From Vicinamibacterales bacterium (lineage in GTDB: Bacteria; Acidobacteriota; Vicinamibacteria; Vicinamibacterales; UBA2999): a DNA stretch of 46,634 bases. The DNA lies in assembly GCA_050183355.1 (NCBI GenBank), contig JBFXBH010000007.1, positions 1-46,634 on the forward strand. The letters are read 5' to 3'. Both the position numbers and the translations under genes were made by a program. Shown piece after piece: positions 34,591-44,223 of this stretch (its first letter is position 1; the number at the start of each line of letters is the position of its first letter). The notes beneath the pieces are model-generated. The model searched no databases, had not been told where the DNA came from, and worked only from the letters and a program-made list of their open reading frames with translations.

Positions 34591-34664
34591 ACACCCTCCC
34601 TGAGTCGCCGGCGCAGGCCCGCAGAGGGCCGCCAGCAACCGTGCGTACCCGAGCATCAGTTGAT

Positions 34665-36023
34665 TCAGAGTCCCGTCAGTTCCTTCAGCTGCCCCGTGCT
34701 GTCGCCCAGCTTGTCGGCGGGGACGCCGACCAGGTCGAAGAGCGAGACCAGCAGGTTGCCCTGCGGCACGTAGTCGCGCATTCCGAACTTCAGGTGGCGG
34801 CCCGTCTTGAGCTTCCCGTTCGCGCGCCCGAACACGATGCTCGGCAGGTCGAACGGATCGTGCGTATTGGGCTCACCCAGACCGGCGCCGTACAGCACCA
34901 CCACGTGGTCGAGGAGCGTGCCGTCGCCGTCCGGCGTCGCCTTCAGCTTCTCGATGTAGTAGGTCAGCAGCTTCACGTGATAGGCATCGACCTTGGCCTT
35001 CTGCGCGATCTTGGCCTGGTCGCCGCCGTGGTGCGACAGCGTGTGGTGCGCCGTGGAGATTCCGAGGTGCGGATACGCGCGCGGGCTCTGCTCGCGGCTC
35101 ATCATGAACGTCTGCATCCGCGTGATGTCACCCTGATAGGCGAGCGTCTGCAGGTCGAACATCATCTTGACGTGGTCCTCGAAGTCGGCCGGGATGTCGA
35201 CCGGACGCTCCGGGAGGTCGAGCGCAAGGTCGTCGGTCCGCTGCTCCGCCTTGGCGATGCGTGATTCGATGTCCTTGATGGAGTCCAGGTACTGCTCGAC
35301 ACGCTGACGGTCCGACGGGCCGAGGGTGCGGCGCAGGTCGCTGATCCGTTCATTCACCGAGTCGAGAATGCTGCGGTTCGTCCGGAGTTCGGCTTTCTCC
35401 TCGGCCGGGCTGCCGCCGTCGCCGAACAGGCGCTCGAAGACGACGCGCGGGTGCGTCTCCATCGGGAGCGGCGTCGTCGCATCCTTCCAGGACAGCGTGT
35501 TCTGATAGACGCAGGTGTAGCCGGCCTCGCAGTTGCCGATCAGCTTCTCGTTCTGCTCGATGGCCAGCTCCAGCGAGGGCAGCGGTGTGTCGCGGCCCAG
35601 GAAGTCGGCGGCGATCTGGTCGGCGGACTTCGCAGCCCGCACATCGGCGCCCTCGGTCCGCTTTACGTGCACGCCGGTCAGCCAGCAGCCGGCCGCCCTG
35701 GAGTGCGGCCCCGGGGGGTCGCCCATCGGATCGGCCTGGCGGTGGGCAAGCCCGGTGATCGGGATCACGTCGTCCTTTACCGGCTTGAGCGCGAGGAGCG
35801 ACGGCGTCAGCTCCCAGTCGCGGCCCGCCGTCGGCGGCACCCAGAAGTCGCGCATATAGCCGTTCGGCGTGTAGATGAAGCCGAGGCGCGGCACCGGCGC
35901 GGCGGCGGACTTGGCCTGCGCCGTGAACGCCGGCACCATCGCGTCAAGCAGCGGCAGTGCGAGGGCCGTACCGGCCCCGCGAAGCAGCGTCCGTCGACCG
36001 AGTGCGCGTTTCGTGACGATCAT
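34665..36023 (-). CDS. DUF1552-domain protein with a twin-arginine motif
   Basis: ATG 36023 after SD AGGAG; LGRRTLLRGAGTALALPLLDAM; RLGFIYTPNG; SADQIAA; PSLEL; CEAGYTCVYQNTLSW; PRVVFERLFG; HHTLSHH; DGDGTLLD. Confidence 0.9.
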   Translation of the reverse strand: MIVTKRALGRRTLLRGAGTALALPLLDAMVPAFTAQAKSAAAPVPRLGFIYTPNGYMRDFWVPPTAGRDWELTPSLLALKPVKDDVIPITGLAHRQADPMGDPPGPHSRAAGCWLTGVHVKRTEGADVRAAKSADQIAADFLGRDTPLPSLELAIEQNEKLIGNCEAGYTCVYQNTLSWKDATTPLPMETHPRVVFERLFGDGGSPAEEKAELRTNRSILDSVNERISDLRRTLGPSDRQRVEQYLDSIKDIESRIAKAEQRTDDLALDLPERPVDIPADFEDHVKMMFDLQTLAYQGDITRMQTFMMSREQSPRAYPHLGISTAHHTLSHHGGDQAKIAQKAKVDAYHVKLLTYYIEKLKATPDGDGTLLDHVVVLYGAGLGEPNTHDPFDLPSIVFGRANGKLKTGRHLKFGMRDYVPQGNLLVSLFDLVGVPADKLGDSTGQLKELTGL

Positions 36024-36034
36024 GTGCCGTGCTC

Positions 36035-38434
36035 CTATCGCCGGGCGGTGACGCCGGCCGGCTGCGCCGTCCCGATGGCCTGGCGCATCAGGAACGGCGG
36101 ACTGTTGACGATGCCGAGAATGAGCGAGCGCATGGCGTAATCCGACGGCGCCGCGCCGCGAACGACGGCGCGGATGGCCGGTCCGTCGTAGGACTCCATG
36201 CCGCGGCCGAGCGCGTAGATCATCAGCTTCTCGGTCAGGGCGGTGACGAAGATCTCGGGGCGGGCCAGCAGCGCACCACGGAGCCCCGCCACGCCCTGGA
36301 AGGTCTGCCCGTCGGGCGTGCCGCCCTCGGCGTCCACGGGCAGCGCGCCTTCGTGTGTCCGCCACGCGCCGACCGCGTCGAAGTTCTCGAGTGCGAAGCC
36401 GAGCGGGTCCATCATCTTGTGGCAACTCGCGCAGACCGGATTCTTGCGGTGCGCTTCCATCCGCTGCCGCAGCGTGCCGACCACCGGCGTCTCATCAAGC
36501 GCCGGCACGTTGGCGGGCGGCGAGGGCGGCGGCGCCCCAAGCAGGTTCTCCAGGATCCACTTGCCGCGGACCACGGGCGACGTCCGGTTGGGTTGCGATG
36601 TGGCGGTGAGAACGCTCCCCTGCCCGAGCAGCCCCCCGCGACGGCCGTCGGCGAACGTCACACGCCGGAAGTGGCTGCCGTACACGCCGTCCACGCCGTA
36701 GTGGCGGGCGAGCCGTTCGTTGAGAAACGAGTAGTTCGCCCGAATCAGGTCGAGCGCGCTCCGATTCTCGCGGATGACGCTGCCCAGGAAGAGTTCCGTC
36801 TCACGCCTGAACGCGATGCGGAGGTTCTCGTCGAAGTCCGGGAACATCCGTGTGTCCCGGAGCACCGCCTGGACATTGCGCAGGCGCAGCCACTGACCGC
36901 CGAAGTTCTGCACCAGCGCCTCGGCCTTCGGGTCGGCCAGCATCCGCAGCACCTGCCGCTGCAGCTCGGCGGGCTGATGAAGGCGATTCGTCTCGGCGGC
37001 GCGCAGCAGCGCCTCATCAGGGATCGAGCTCCAGAGGAAGAACGAGAGACGCGAGGCCAGCTCGATGTCGCTGATCCGGTACGGGGCGCCGGCCTTCGCG
37101 TTGCCGGGCTGGCTGACGACACGGAACAGGAAGTCCGGGCTGGCCAGAATGCGCTGCAGGGCCACGCGGATGCCCTTGTCGAACGTGCCGCCGCCCCGGC
37201 CCTCACGGTAGAAGTCCATGAGTCCCGACACCTCGGCGGGCGCCACGGGCCGGCGATAGGCCCGACGCGCCAGGGAGGTCAGGATGCGGCGCGCGCACGG
37301 CTCCTCCTCCGCCCGGGAGGCCGGCGTGCACGAGAAGATCCGCCGCCGGCTCGGGGTATCGCCGGGCGCCGTGGCGTTCAGCGGGCCCGTGAACGACAGC
37401 AGTGAGACATGCGGCCCCGCGTAGCCGCCGAGGCGCGCGTGCTTGAAGACGGAGACGCCGGGAGGCCGCAGGTATGGCTGCAGGTAGTCCTCCGCCTGCG
37501 CAACCGTGGTTTCCAGCAGCGTGATCGCGATCGTACGGAGTCCGCCACGGATGGGAATCCGTACCTCGAAGTTCGTGCTGGCCTCGTCGTCGTTGCCTCG
37601 TGCCTTCGGCTGCGGCACTGCGGCATAGAACACGCGGGCGCCGTCGATCGCCACCTCGACGAAGTTGTCCTCGTCCTCGGAGATGCCGTAGCCCGTCACC
37701 GTCTGAAACTTGATCAGATACTCCGCGTCGACCGGGAAGTACCGCGTGACGATCGCGCCGCCCCGCGTGCCGGGTGCCGACGCCTCGAGCCGATCGTCCT
37801 GTCCAAAATCCAGCGGGATCATCTGCGTCTCGCCGTACGGGGCCACGCCGACGTCGCCCACGGCCGCGCGGCTGATCTTGCGGGCGGCGGCGAGGTAGCG
37901 GTCGAGGTGCGTCGGCGAAATCGCCAGAATGCCGGCGATGTTGTCGAAGCCGTAGCTCGCGTCGTCGGCCGGCAGCATGCGCTCGACGTCCATCCCCTCG
38001 ATGCCCAGCAGATCGCGGACGGCGTTCTGATACTCGACCCGGTTCAGGCGGTGCAGCGGTTCGGTGCGGCCGGCGTTGGGCCGCCGGGCGGCCTCGGCAT
38101 CGAGCTGTTGTTCGAGGAACGCCGTGAGGGCCGCGTAGGTCGGCGCGTCCGGGCGCGGGCTGCCGGCCGGCGGCATCGCGGCGCTGCCGAGCTTCCTGAC
38201 AGCGCGCTCGAGCTCGGAGGCATGCCGGCTCACATCGGCGTAGTCGATCCCGGCCAGCGTCAGCCCCGCCGTCTTCAGGCGATCGTTGTGGCAGGTCACG
38301 CAGTAGCGATCGACGGTGGCCTTGGCTTCGGCCGGCGTCAGCGGCGCGGCGTTCGCGGCCGGCGTGGCGCCCGCACCGGCCAGCGAGGCGACGAGCGCCA
38401 CAGCTCCGGCCAGAGAAGCGGTCCGTGTCGTCAT
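36035..38434 (-). CDS. Planctomycete-type cytochrome c plus DUF1587/1595/1592/1588/1585 (PSD) multidomain protein
   Basis: ATG 38434 after SD GAGGAG; YCVTCHN...MPP; LHRLNRVEYQNAVRDLLG; ARRAYRRP; ELASRLSFFLWSSIPD; RTSPVVRGKWILENLLG; CASCHKMMDPLGFALENFDAVG; YALGRG. Confidence 0.92.
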   Translation of the reverse strand: MTTRTASLAGAVALVASLAGAGATPAANAAPLTPAEAKATVDRYCVTCHNDRLKTAGLTLAGIDYADVSRHASELERAVRKLGSAAMPPAGSPRPDAPTYAALTAFLEQQLDAEAARRPNAGRTEPLHRLNRVEYQNAVRDLLGIEGMDVERMLPADDASYGFDNIAGILAISPTHLDRYLAAARKISRAAVGDVGVAPYGETQMIPLDFGQDDRLEASAPGTRGGAIVTRYFPVDAEYLIKFQTVTGYGISEDEDNFVEVAIDGARVFYAAVPQPKARGNDDEASTNFEVRIPIRGGLRTIAITLLETTVAQAEDYLQPYLRPPGVSVFKHARLGGYAGPHVSLLSFTGPLNATAPGDTPSRRRIFSCTPASRAEEEPCARRILTSLARRAYRRPVAPAEVSGLMDFYREGRGGGTFDKGIRVALQRILASPDFLFRVVSQPGNAKAGAPYRISDIELASRLSFFLWSSIPDEALLRAAETNRLHQPAELQRQVLRMLADPKAEALVQNFGGQWLRLRNVQAVLRDTRMFPDFDENLRIAFRRETELFLGSVIRENRSALDLIRANYSFLNERLARHYGVDGVYGSHFRRVTFADGRRGGLLGQGSVLTATSQPNRTSPVVRGKWILENLLGAPPPSPPANVPALDETPVVGTLRQRMEAHRKNPVCASCHKMMDPLGFALENFDAVGAWRTHEGALPVDAEGGTPDGQTFQGVAGLRGALLARPEIFVTALTEKLMIYALGRGMESYDGPAIRAVVRGAAPSDYAMRSLILGIVNSPPFLMRQAIGTAQPAGVTARR

Positions 38435-38445
38435 GTCGAATCTCC

Positions 38446-39957
38446 TCAATATCGTCTCGGCACGACCGCGGGTGGCGTGGTGTCGACCGTCTCCCCGCGG
38501 GCCTTTGCCAGCGCGAGCAGCCGCTCGGCCACTTCAGGCGCGATGTGATACATGCCGCCGGCGTTGTCCGTGGCGATGTGGTACGCGCTGATGCCGCGCT
38601 CCGTCTTCTTGTCGATCGGCACGCCGCGCTCCACCAGCCACGCGACCATCGGCTCGTATCCGCGCGTGGCCGCGCCGTGCATGGCCGTGGCGCCCTCCCA
38701 CATCGGATCCTTCTTGTCGCCGCCCGTGATGACCTGCCGCGGGTCGTTGCCGTACTCGGCCGCCAGCTTGACGGCCTCGAACGCATCGGCGTTGGAACCA
38801 GGGGTCTCACCTTCCCAGAATCCGATGCCGGCAGCGGCCAGGAGCGGCGTCACGCCGGAGAGCGTCGGAATCGACGGGTCGGCCCCCTGCTCGCGCAGGA
38901 ACTTCATCCACTCCGTGTCGGCCGTGATGGCCGCGATGAAGAACGGCGTCGCGCCCTCGAACGAGATCCGATAGGACCCGACGGGGATGTGCCGCGGCAC
39001 GGTCCGACCCTTGAACCGCGCGTTGATGCCGTCGCCCTTCGCGAGCAGCAGCCGCGCGAGCGCCTTCGCGTCCACGCCGTTCAGTGGCAGCTGACGCGGC
39101 AACACCGTGGCCAGCGCGATGTTCTCGGCCTTCCGCATGAACGACAGCACCTGCAGCGGGGTACCGTGGGGGTCCTCCGCCTTCACGTCCGCGCCGCGCT
39201 CGAGCAGGTCCTTCGCGAGATCGAAGCGTGCGTTCAGCATCGCGAAGATGAGCGGCCGGGTCCCGTCGGCGGCCGGCGCGTTCACGTCGAGGCCACGGTC
39301 CAGCAGCGCCGCGGTCGACTCACGGTCCCCCGCGCGGATGGCGAACAGCAGCGGTGACAACTTGGTCTTCGAGAGCCGCTTCGGATCGGCGCCCGCCTCG
39401 AGCAGCACCGTGACGACCGCGGGATGCTTCTCGGCGGCGGCCCACATGAGCGCGGTCTGCCCGCGCCGGGGTTCGACGGCGTCCACCGTGGCCCCGTGCG
39501 CCAGGAGGGTCTTGACGATGGCCAGGTGCCCGGCCCGTGCGGCGATCATCAGGGGCGTATCGCCGCTCTCCGCGCGCACCGCATTCGCCGTGGCGCCGGC
39601 CTGCAGCAGGGCCTCGACCGCCTCGGGGCTGCCGCTCAGGCACGCGCTCCGGAGCGGCGAGGCGCCATAGCGGTTGAGCCTGTTGGGATCGGCGCCCCTG
39701 GCAAGGAGCATCCGCACCATCTCCGCGTGGCCGAGTTCCGCCGCCCAGTGCAACGCCGTCGTGCCATCCGCCGTCGGCTCATCGGGATGGACGCCACGCG
39801 CCAGCAGCCCGGTCACAGCCTGGCTGTCGCCAAGCCGAACCGCATCGACGAGCGGGAATCGGACGATCTCCCCCTGTGCCGGCGCCCCGGTCGAAACCAT
39901 GGCGCAGATACCGCAAGAGAGAGCTGTCCGGACTATCAGCGACATTCGCATACTCAC
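38446..39957 (-). CDS. Exported ankyrin-repeat protein
   Basis: Multiple ankyrin repeats (DGTTALHWAA, GDTPLMIAA, GQTALMWAA, GVTPLLAAA, GATAMHGAA) after a signal-like N-terminus. The start could be 39957, 39951 or 39945. Confidence 0.88.
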   Translation of the reverse strand: MSMRMSLIVRTALSCGICAMVSTGAPAQGEIVRFPLVDAVRLGDSQAVTGLLARGVHPDEPTADGTTALHWAAELGHAEMVRMLLARGADPNRLNRYGASPLRSACLSGSPEAVEALLQAGATANAVRAESGDTPLMIAARAGHLAIVKTLLAHGATVDAVEPRRGQTALMWAAAEKHPAVVTVLLEAGADPKRLSKTKLSPLLFAIRAGDRESTAALLDRGLDVNAPAADGTRPLIFAMLNARFDLAKDLLERGADVKAEDPHGTPLQVLSFMRKAENIALATVLPRQLPLNGVDAKALARLLLAKGDGINARFKGRTVPRHIPVGSYRISFEGATPFFIAAITADTEWMKFLREQGADPSIPTLSGVTPLLAAAGIGFWEGETPGSNADAFEAVKLAAEYGNDPRQVITGGDKKDPMWEGATAMHGAATRGYEPMVAWLVERGVPIDKKTERGISAYHIATDNAGGMYHIAPEVAERLLALAKARGETVDTTPPAVVPRRY

Positions 39958-39966
39958 AGCTGGTGA

Positions 39967-39995
39967 ATTCTAGTGTCCGGGGCCGGGGCTCTCAA
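39967..39995 (-). promoter_or_regulatory. Sigma70-type promoter of the ankyrin-DUF1592-DUF1552-PQQ DH-TBDR3 operon
   Basis: TTGAGA-N17-TAGAAT on the minus strand. Confidence 0.65.
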
Positions 39996-40020
39996 TCGCC
40001 TGTTCGGGGTACATCATGTG

Positions 40021-40049
40021 TTGCGAAGACGCGGTGGAGGCGCTAGCAT
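40021..40049 (+). promoter_or_regulatory. Sigma70-type promoter of the two-component operon
   Basis: TTGCGA-N17-TAGCAT, ending 10 nt before ATG 40060. Confidence 0.55.
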
Positions 40050-40059
40050 TCGCTCTTCG

Positions 40060-42969
40060 ATGGTCACCACGCGCAACGCCTCACTGGCTGGAGCCGTCGT
40101 TACAGCAATAACACTCGTCCTCAGCTCCGCGCTCGCCGCCCAGTCGCGTGAGCCGGCCCTCGTGCACCTCTCGTGGACCGAGTTCGGCGATCCGCTGCAA
40201 CCGCCGGGCGTCTACGCCATCACCCAGGATCGCGAGGGCTTCATCTGGCTGGGCATGCTCGGCGGGCCCGTGCGCTTCGACGGCGTGCGATTCACCTCGT
40301 GGGACGCGCTTGGCCGGCCGGCGCTTCCCGAACGGCCCGTGACGGCGCTCGCCACGGCCCGGGACGGTGCGATGTGGCTGGGCTACGGCAACCTCGGCGG
40401 CATCAGCAAATACACGGACACGGGCATCCGTCATTTCACGGTTCGCGACGGAGTCCCCGCCGGCGCCATCCGCGCGATCCTCGTCACGACCGACGGCGAC
40501 GTCTGGGCCGTCGGCTACGGGGGCCTCGCGCGCCATCACGGCGACCGGTGGACGCTCATGGATGCCACGCACGGATTCCCGCCCGGAGCCATCGCCTTCA
40601 TCCGCGAGGATGAGCATCGGACGCTGTGGGTCGCGAGCGAGGCCGGCGTGTTCCGGCGCGCGCCGGGCGACGAGCGCTTCACGCGCAGTGCACCCGGGAC
40701 GTCACCGGCGCGGGTCTTCGGCGAAGACAGCGCGGCCGGCGTTCGCCGACACCGCGTCGCCATGGTCGTCGCACCGCCGAATCCCACGGTGACACCGCAA
40801 GGTCTCAGAGACAGCCGCGGCCACTTCTGGGTGTGGGTCGGCGACGGCCTCCGGGTTGTGCGGCCCGACGCCTCGACGCCCGAGCATCTGACGTTCCCGG
40901 ATCGGCTCAGCGACAGGCAGGTCACGGCGATCTTCGAGGACCGCCACGGGGCGATCTGGGTCGGCACGTCGCGTGGTCTCGATACATTCCGACCGCGGCT
41001 GCCCGGCGCGCCGCAGATCCGGACAGACGTGGCGGCGCAGACCCTGACAACACTCTCCGACGGCGATGACGTCTGGGCGGGCACCGCGGATGGCCTGTTT
41101 CGAATCACCGGAAACAGGGTGGTGTCGTACTCGACCCGCGACGGTCTGCCCGGTACGCGCGTCAGCGCGCTTCACCTGGATGCCAGCGGCTCCCTCTGGG
41201 TGGCCGGCGATGCCGGCATCGCCGTCAGGCGCGGCCTCCGCTTCGTGACCGTCGCCCCGCGCAACGGCCGGGTCTTCAGCCAGGTGTCGGCGCTGGCGAC
41301 CGATCGGGATGGCGGGCTCTGGGTGGCCGAGTTCCAGGCCCTGCGCCGCCTGCAGGACGGCTCGGTCAGCACACCGGTCGTGCCAGGCCTGGAGCAGGAG
41401 CACGCAAGTGTCGTCTACACGGACCGGCGAGACCGCGTGTGGATCGGGTTCTGGAACGGATCGGTCGCGCGGTACGACGCCGGCCGGTTCCGGGTCTACA
41501 CCACCGCGGACGGACTGTCCGCCGGCCGGGTGACCACCATCATGGAGGATGCGGGCGGCACGATGTGGGCCGGGTCGCTGAACGGCGTCAGCCGGCTCGA
41601 CGGCGATCGGTGGCTGACCCCCGGGCACCAGAGCGGGCTGGATGGCCTGATGGTCCAGTGGCTCCACCGGGACGCGCGCAATCGCCTCTGGATGGGCACC
41701 AACTCCGGCATCGTGCGCATCGACGTGGACGAGGTCGACCGGGCGTCGCGCGTGGCCGGCTACCGCCCCCGCTTCCGGCTCTTCGGACCGCCGATCGAAG
41801 CGGCCCGCTTCGCCACAGGTGCGGCCGGTCAGCCGCGGGTGGCCGAGACGCCGGACGGCCGCATCTGGCTGACGGCCTCGACCGGACTCGCGACGATCGA
41901 CACGGCGGCCGCGGTCGACGCGCCGCCGCCCCCGGTGCGCATCGAACAGGTCGCCATTGACGACCGGCCCGTGGGGCTCGATGCGCCCGTCCGGGTCGGT
42001 GCCGGCGCCACGCGCATCCGCTTCGACTACACCGCGCTGGCGCTCGGCGGCACATCGCGCGTGATCTTCCGCTACCGGCTCGACGGCTTCGATCAGGGGT
42101 GGGTCGAGGCGGGTAGCGCCCGTCAGGCGACGTACACCAACCTGCCTCCGGGCACGTACCTCTTTCACGCCTCCGCCAGCCATGACGGCAGCCCCTGGGC
42201 GGAGGCGACGCTCGGCGTTCCGCTCACGGTCTTGCCGCCGTTCTACCGGACGACGTGGTTCTACGCGGCAGGTGTGACCGTCGTGGCGCTCCTCCTGTGG
42301 GGCGTGTGGGAGCTTCGCGTACGTCAGCTCCGATGGCACTACTCCGCCGTTCTGGCGGAGCGCGCCCGCCTGGGGCGGGAGTTGCACGACACGCTGCTGC
42401 AGGGGATGGCCGGCGTCGCCCTGCAACTGCAGAGTCTGGTGAACCGGGAGAGCCACGAGGCCGACGTCGCCGCCCGCCTCTCCCGCGCGCGCGACACGCT
42501 TGAGCATTACATCCGGGAGACGCGCAACTCCATCTGGGACCTGCGGTCTCCGGTCCTGGAGCACGAGCCGCTCGCCAACGCGATCCGGCTGGCGGGCGAG
42601 ACCCTCACCGCGGGCACCGGTGTCACCTTCGAGCTGCAGACCACCGGCGTACCCGTCCGCGGCGCGTCGTCCGTGGAAGCCCACCTGCTCCGCATCGCAC
42701 ACGAGGCCATCGCGAACGCGGTGCGTCACGGCCACTCCACGGTGATCCGGGTCCTGCTGCACTACGAGGACCACAACCTTCGACTGACGGTGCTGGACAA
42801 CGGTCAGGGCTTCGACTCCGCGAGCCCGTCGAGTCCCACGAACCGTCAGTGGGGCCTCACCACGATGCGTGAGCGCGCCGAGCAGATCGGCGCACGCTTC
42901 CGTTGCGCAAGCGGCCCCGATGGCACGACCGTCGAGGCCATCGCGCGGCTCGGAGCCGAACCGTCGTGA
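40060..42969 (+). CDS. Sensor histidine kinase: periplasmic Reg_prop beta-propellers + Y_Y_Y domain + transmembrane helix + HisKA_3/HATPase
   Basis: Repeated QDREGFIWLG / EDRHGAIWVGT blades; FRYRLDGFDQGW...ATYTNLPPGTYLF; PPFYRTTWF; ERARLGRELHDTLLQG; EAIANAVRH; DNGQGF. Confidence 0.92.
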   Translation: MVTTRNASLAGAVVTAITLVLSSALAAQSREPALVHLSWTEFGDPLQPPGVYAITQDREGFIWLGMLGGPVRFDGVRFTSWDALGRPALPERPVTALATARDGAMWLGYGNLGGISKYTDTGIRHFTVRDGVPAGAIRAILVTTDGDVWAVGYGGLARHHGDRWTLMDATHGFPPGAIAFIREDEHRTLWVASEAGVFRRAPGDERFTRSAPGTSPARVFGEDSAAGVRRHRVAMVVAPPNPTVTPQGLRDSRGHFWVWVGDGLRVVRPDASTPEHLTFPDRLSDRQVTAIFEDRHGAIWVGTSRGLDTFRPRLPGAPQIRTDVAAQTLTTLSDGDDVWAGTADGLFRITGNRVVSYSTRDGLPGTRVSALHLDASGSLWVAGDAGIAVRRGLRFVTVAPRNGRVFSQVSALATDRDGGLWVAEFQALRRLQDGSVSTPVVPGLEQEHASVVYTDRRDRVWIGFWNGSVARYDAGRFRVYTTADGLSAGRVTTIMEDAGGTMWAGSLNGVSRLDGDRWLTPGHQSGLDGLMVQWLHRDARNRLWMGTNSGIVRIDVDEVDRASRVAGYRPRFRLFGPPIEAARFATGAAGQPRVAETPDGRIWLTASTGLATIDTAAAVDAPPPPVRIEQVAIDDRPVGLDAPVRVGAGATRIRFDYTALALGGTSRVIFRYRLDGFDQGWVEAGSARQATYTNLPPGTYLFHASASHDGSPWAEATLGVPLTVLPPFYRTTWFYAAGVTVVALLLWGVWELRVRQLRWHYSAVLAERARLGRELHDTLLQGMAGVALQLQSLVNRESHEADVAARLSRARDTLEHYIRETRNSIWDLRSPVLEHEPLANAIRLAGETLTAGTGVTFELQTTGVPVRGASSVEAHLLRIAHEAIANAVRHGHSTVIRVLLHYEDHNLRLTVLDNGQGFDSASPSSPTNRQWGLTTMRERAEQIGARFRCASGPDGTTVEAIARLGAEPS

Positions 42970-43598
42970 CGCCTCCCGCGCCCATCCGGATCCTCTGCGT
43001 CGAAGACCACGCCGTCGTCCGCGATGGCCTTGAAGCCATCATCAACGGACAGGACGACATGACGGTCGTGGCCACATGCGCGACCGGCGAGGACGGCGTG
43101 GCGGCGTTTCGCCGTCTGCGTCCGGACATCGTCCTGATGGACATCGAACTGCCCGGGATGTCCGGCATCGACGCCACGCGGGCCATCGTCGCGGAGGCCC
43201 CGGCCGCGCGGGTCATTGTGCTGACGATGCACACCGACTCCGCCAACGTCACGCGCGCGCTGCAGGCCGGCGCCTCCACCTACCTGCTCAAGGACATGCT
43301 CACGCGGTCGCTCATCGAAGTCATCCGCCAGGTCCACGCCGGTTCGCGCCACCTGCCGGACGACGTCGCGAGCCGTCTGACCACCCGGCCGACCTCGAGC
43401 GATCTGACCGCGCGCGAACTGGAGGTGCTCTCGCTCATCGCGGAGGGCCTCTCGAATCGCGAAGTGGCCGGCCGGCTCGGCATCAGCGCGGAAACCGTCC
43501 ACGCACACGTCCGCAACGCCTTCGCGAAGCTCGAAGTCACCGACCGAACCGCCGCCGTGATGGCCGCGGTCCGGCGGGGCCTCATTTCCGCCCGGTAG
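42966..43598 (+). CDS. NarL/LuxR-family response regulator
   Basis: GTGA overlap with the kinase; ILCVEDH, PDIVLMDIELPGMSG, YLLK, LTARELEVL...GLSNREVA...ETVHAHV. Confidence 0.93.
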   Translation: MTPPAPIRILCVEDHAVVRDGLEAIINGQDDMTVVATCATGEDGVAAFRRLRPDIVLMDIELPGMSGIDATRAIVAEAPAARVIVLTMHTDSANVTRALQAGASTYLLKDMLTRSLIEVIRQVHAGSRHLPDDVASRLTTRPTSSDLTARELEVLSLIAEGLSNREVAGRLGISAETVHAHVRNAFAKLEVTDRTAAVMAAVRRGLISAR

Positions 43599-43605
43599 GG
43601 GCGGC

Positions 43606-44154
43606 CTACCGTGCGCCCGGGCCGGGCGCCTGCATCGCGGCCGTGCGCGCCACGGCCGAACCCTCGCCGTAGACGACGTGATGCTTGATCTTCCAGCCCT
43701 GCTTCGTCTTCACGACCTGGCTCTCGTAGCGGCCGGTCGCCCCGACGGTCATCGGCCCGTTCCCTTCACCGTCGCTGACGATGAGATAGAACGCCGACAG
43801 GATGGCGCCCTCGGCATTCGGGGTCACGTGGAAGGTCGAGGTCCAGTGACGGAACTTGCGGCTCGGAGCCTTGGCGGCCGGTCCGGCGGCGTACGCACGG
43901 ATCGCCGTCTCGCCGACCAGATGGGTGTTCGGGCCGTTGTCCAGCACGGCGTCGGGCGTGAAGGTACTCGTCCAGAGGTCTCCGTTGTCGCGAACCGCGA
44001 AGTCGTACCCGGTGTGGTTCGCGTACAGCAGTCGCTGGATCTCGACGAAGTCGTCCGTCGCGATGGACTTCTTCTGCTGCGCGTGGACGAAGACAGCGCC
44101 GCCGGCGGCGGAGAGCAGACACAGCACGATGGTGACGATTCCCTTCACAGGCAC
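43606..44154 (-). CDS. Exported SnoaL/NTF2-like fold protein
   Basis: SD GAGGAG; signal peptide; EIQRL...D...WTSTFTPDA...RHW...GRYES...GWKIK. Confidence 0.75.
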   Translation of the reverse strand: MPVKGIVTIVLCLLSAAGGAVFVHAQQKKSIATDDFVEIQRLLYANHTGYDFAVRDNGDLWTSTFTPDAVLDNGPNTHLVGETAIRAYAAGPAAKAPSRKFRHWTSTFHVTPNAEGAILSAFYLIVSDGEGNGPMTVGATGRYESQVVKTKQGWKIKHHVVYGEGSAVARTAAMQAPGPGAR

Positions 44155-44183
44155 CTCCTCAGGTGAAGGGATTGTCCACGCGC

Positions 44184-44217
44184 CACCACCGCTGGGGAGT
44201 ACCCCGAACGGGTGGTG
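44184..44217. terminator. Hairpin after the E2 gene
   Basis: CACCACC...GGGG-AGTA-CCCC...GGTGGTG, 6 nt after the E2 stop; no U-tract. Confidence 0.4.
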
Positions 44218-44223
44218 CCCGCC

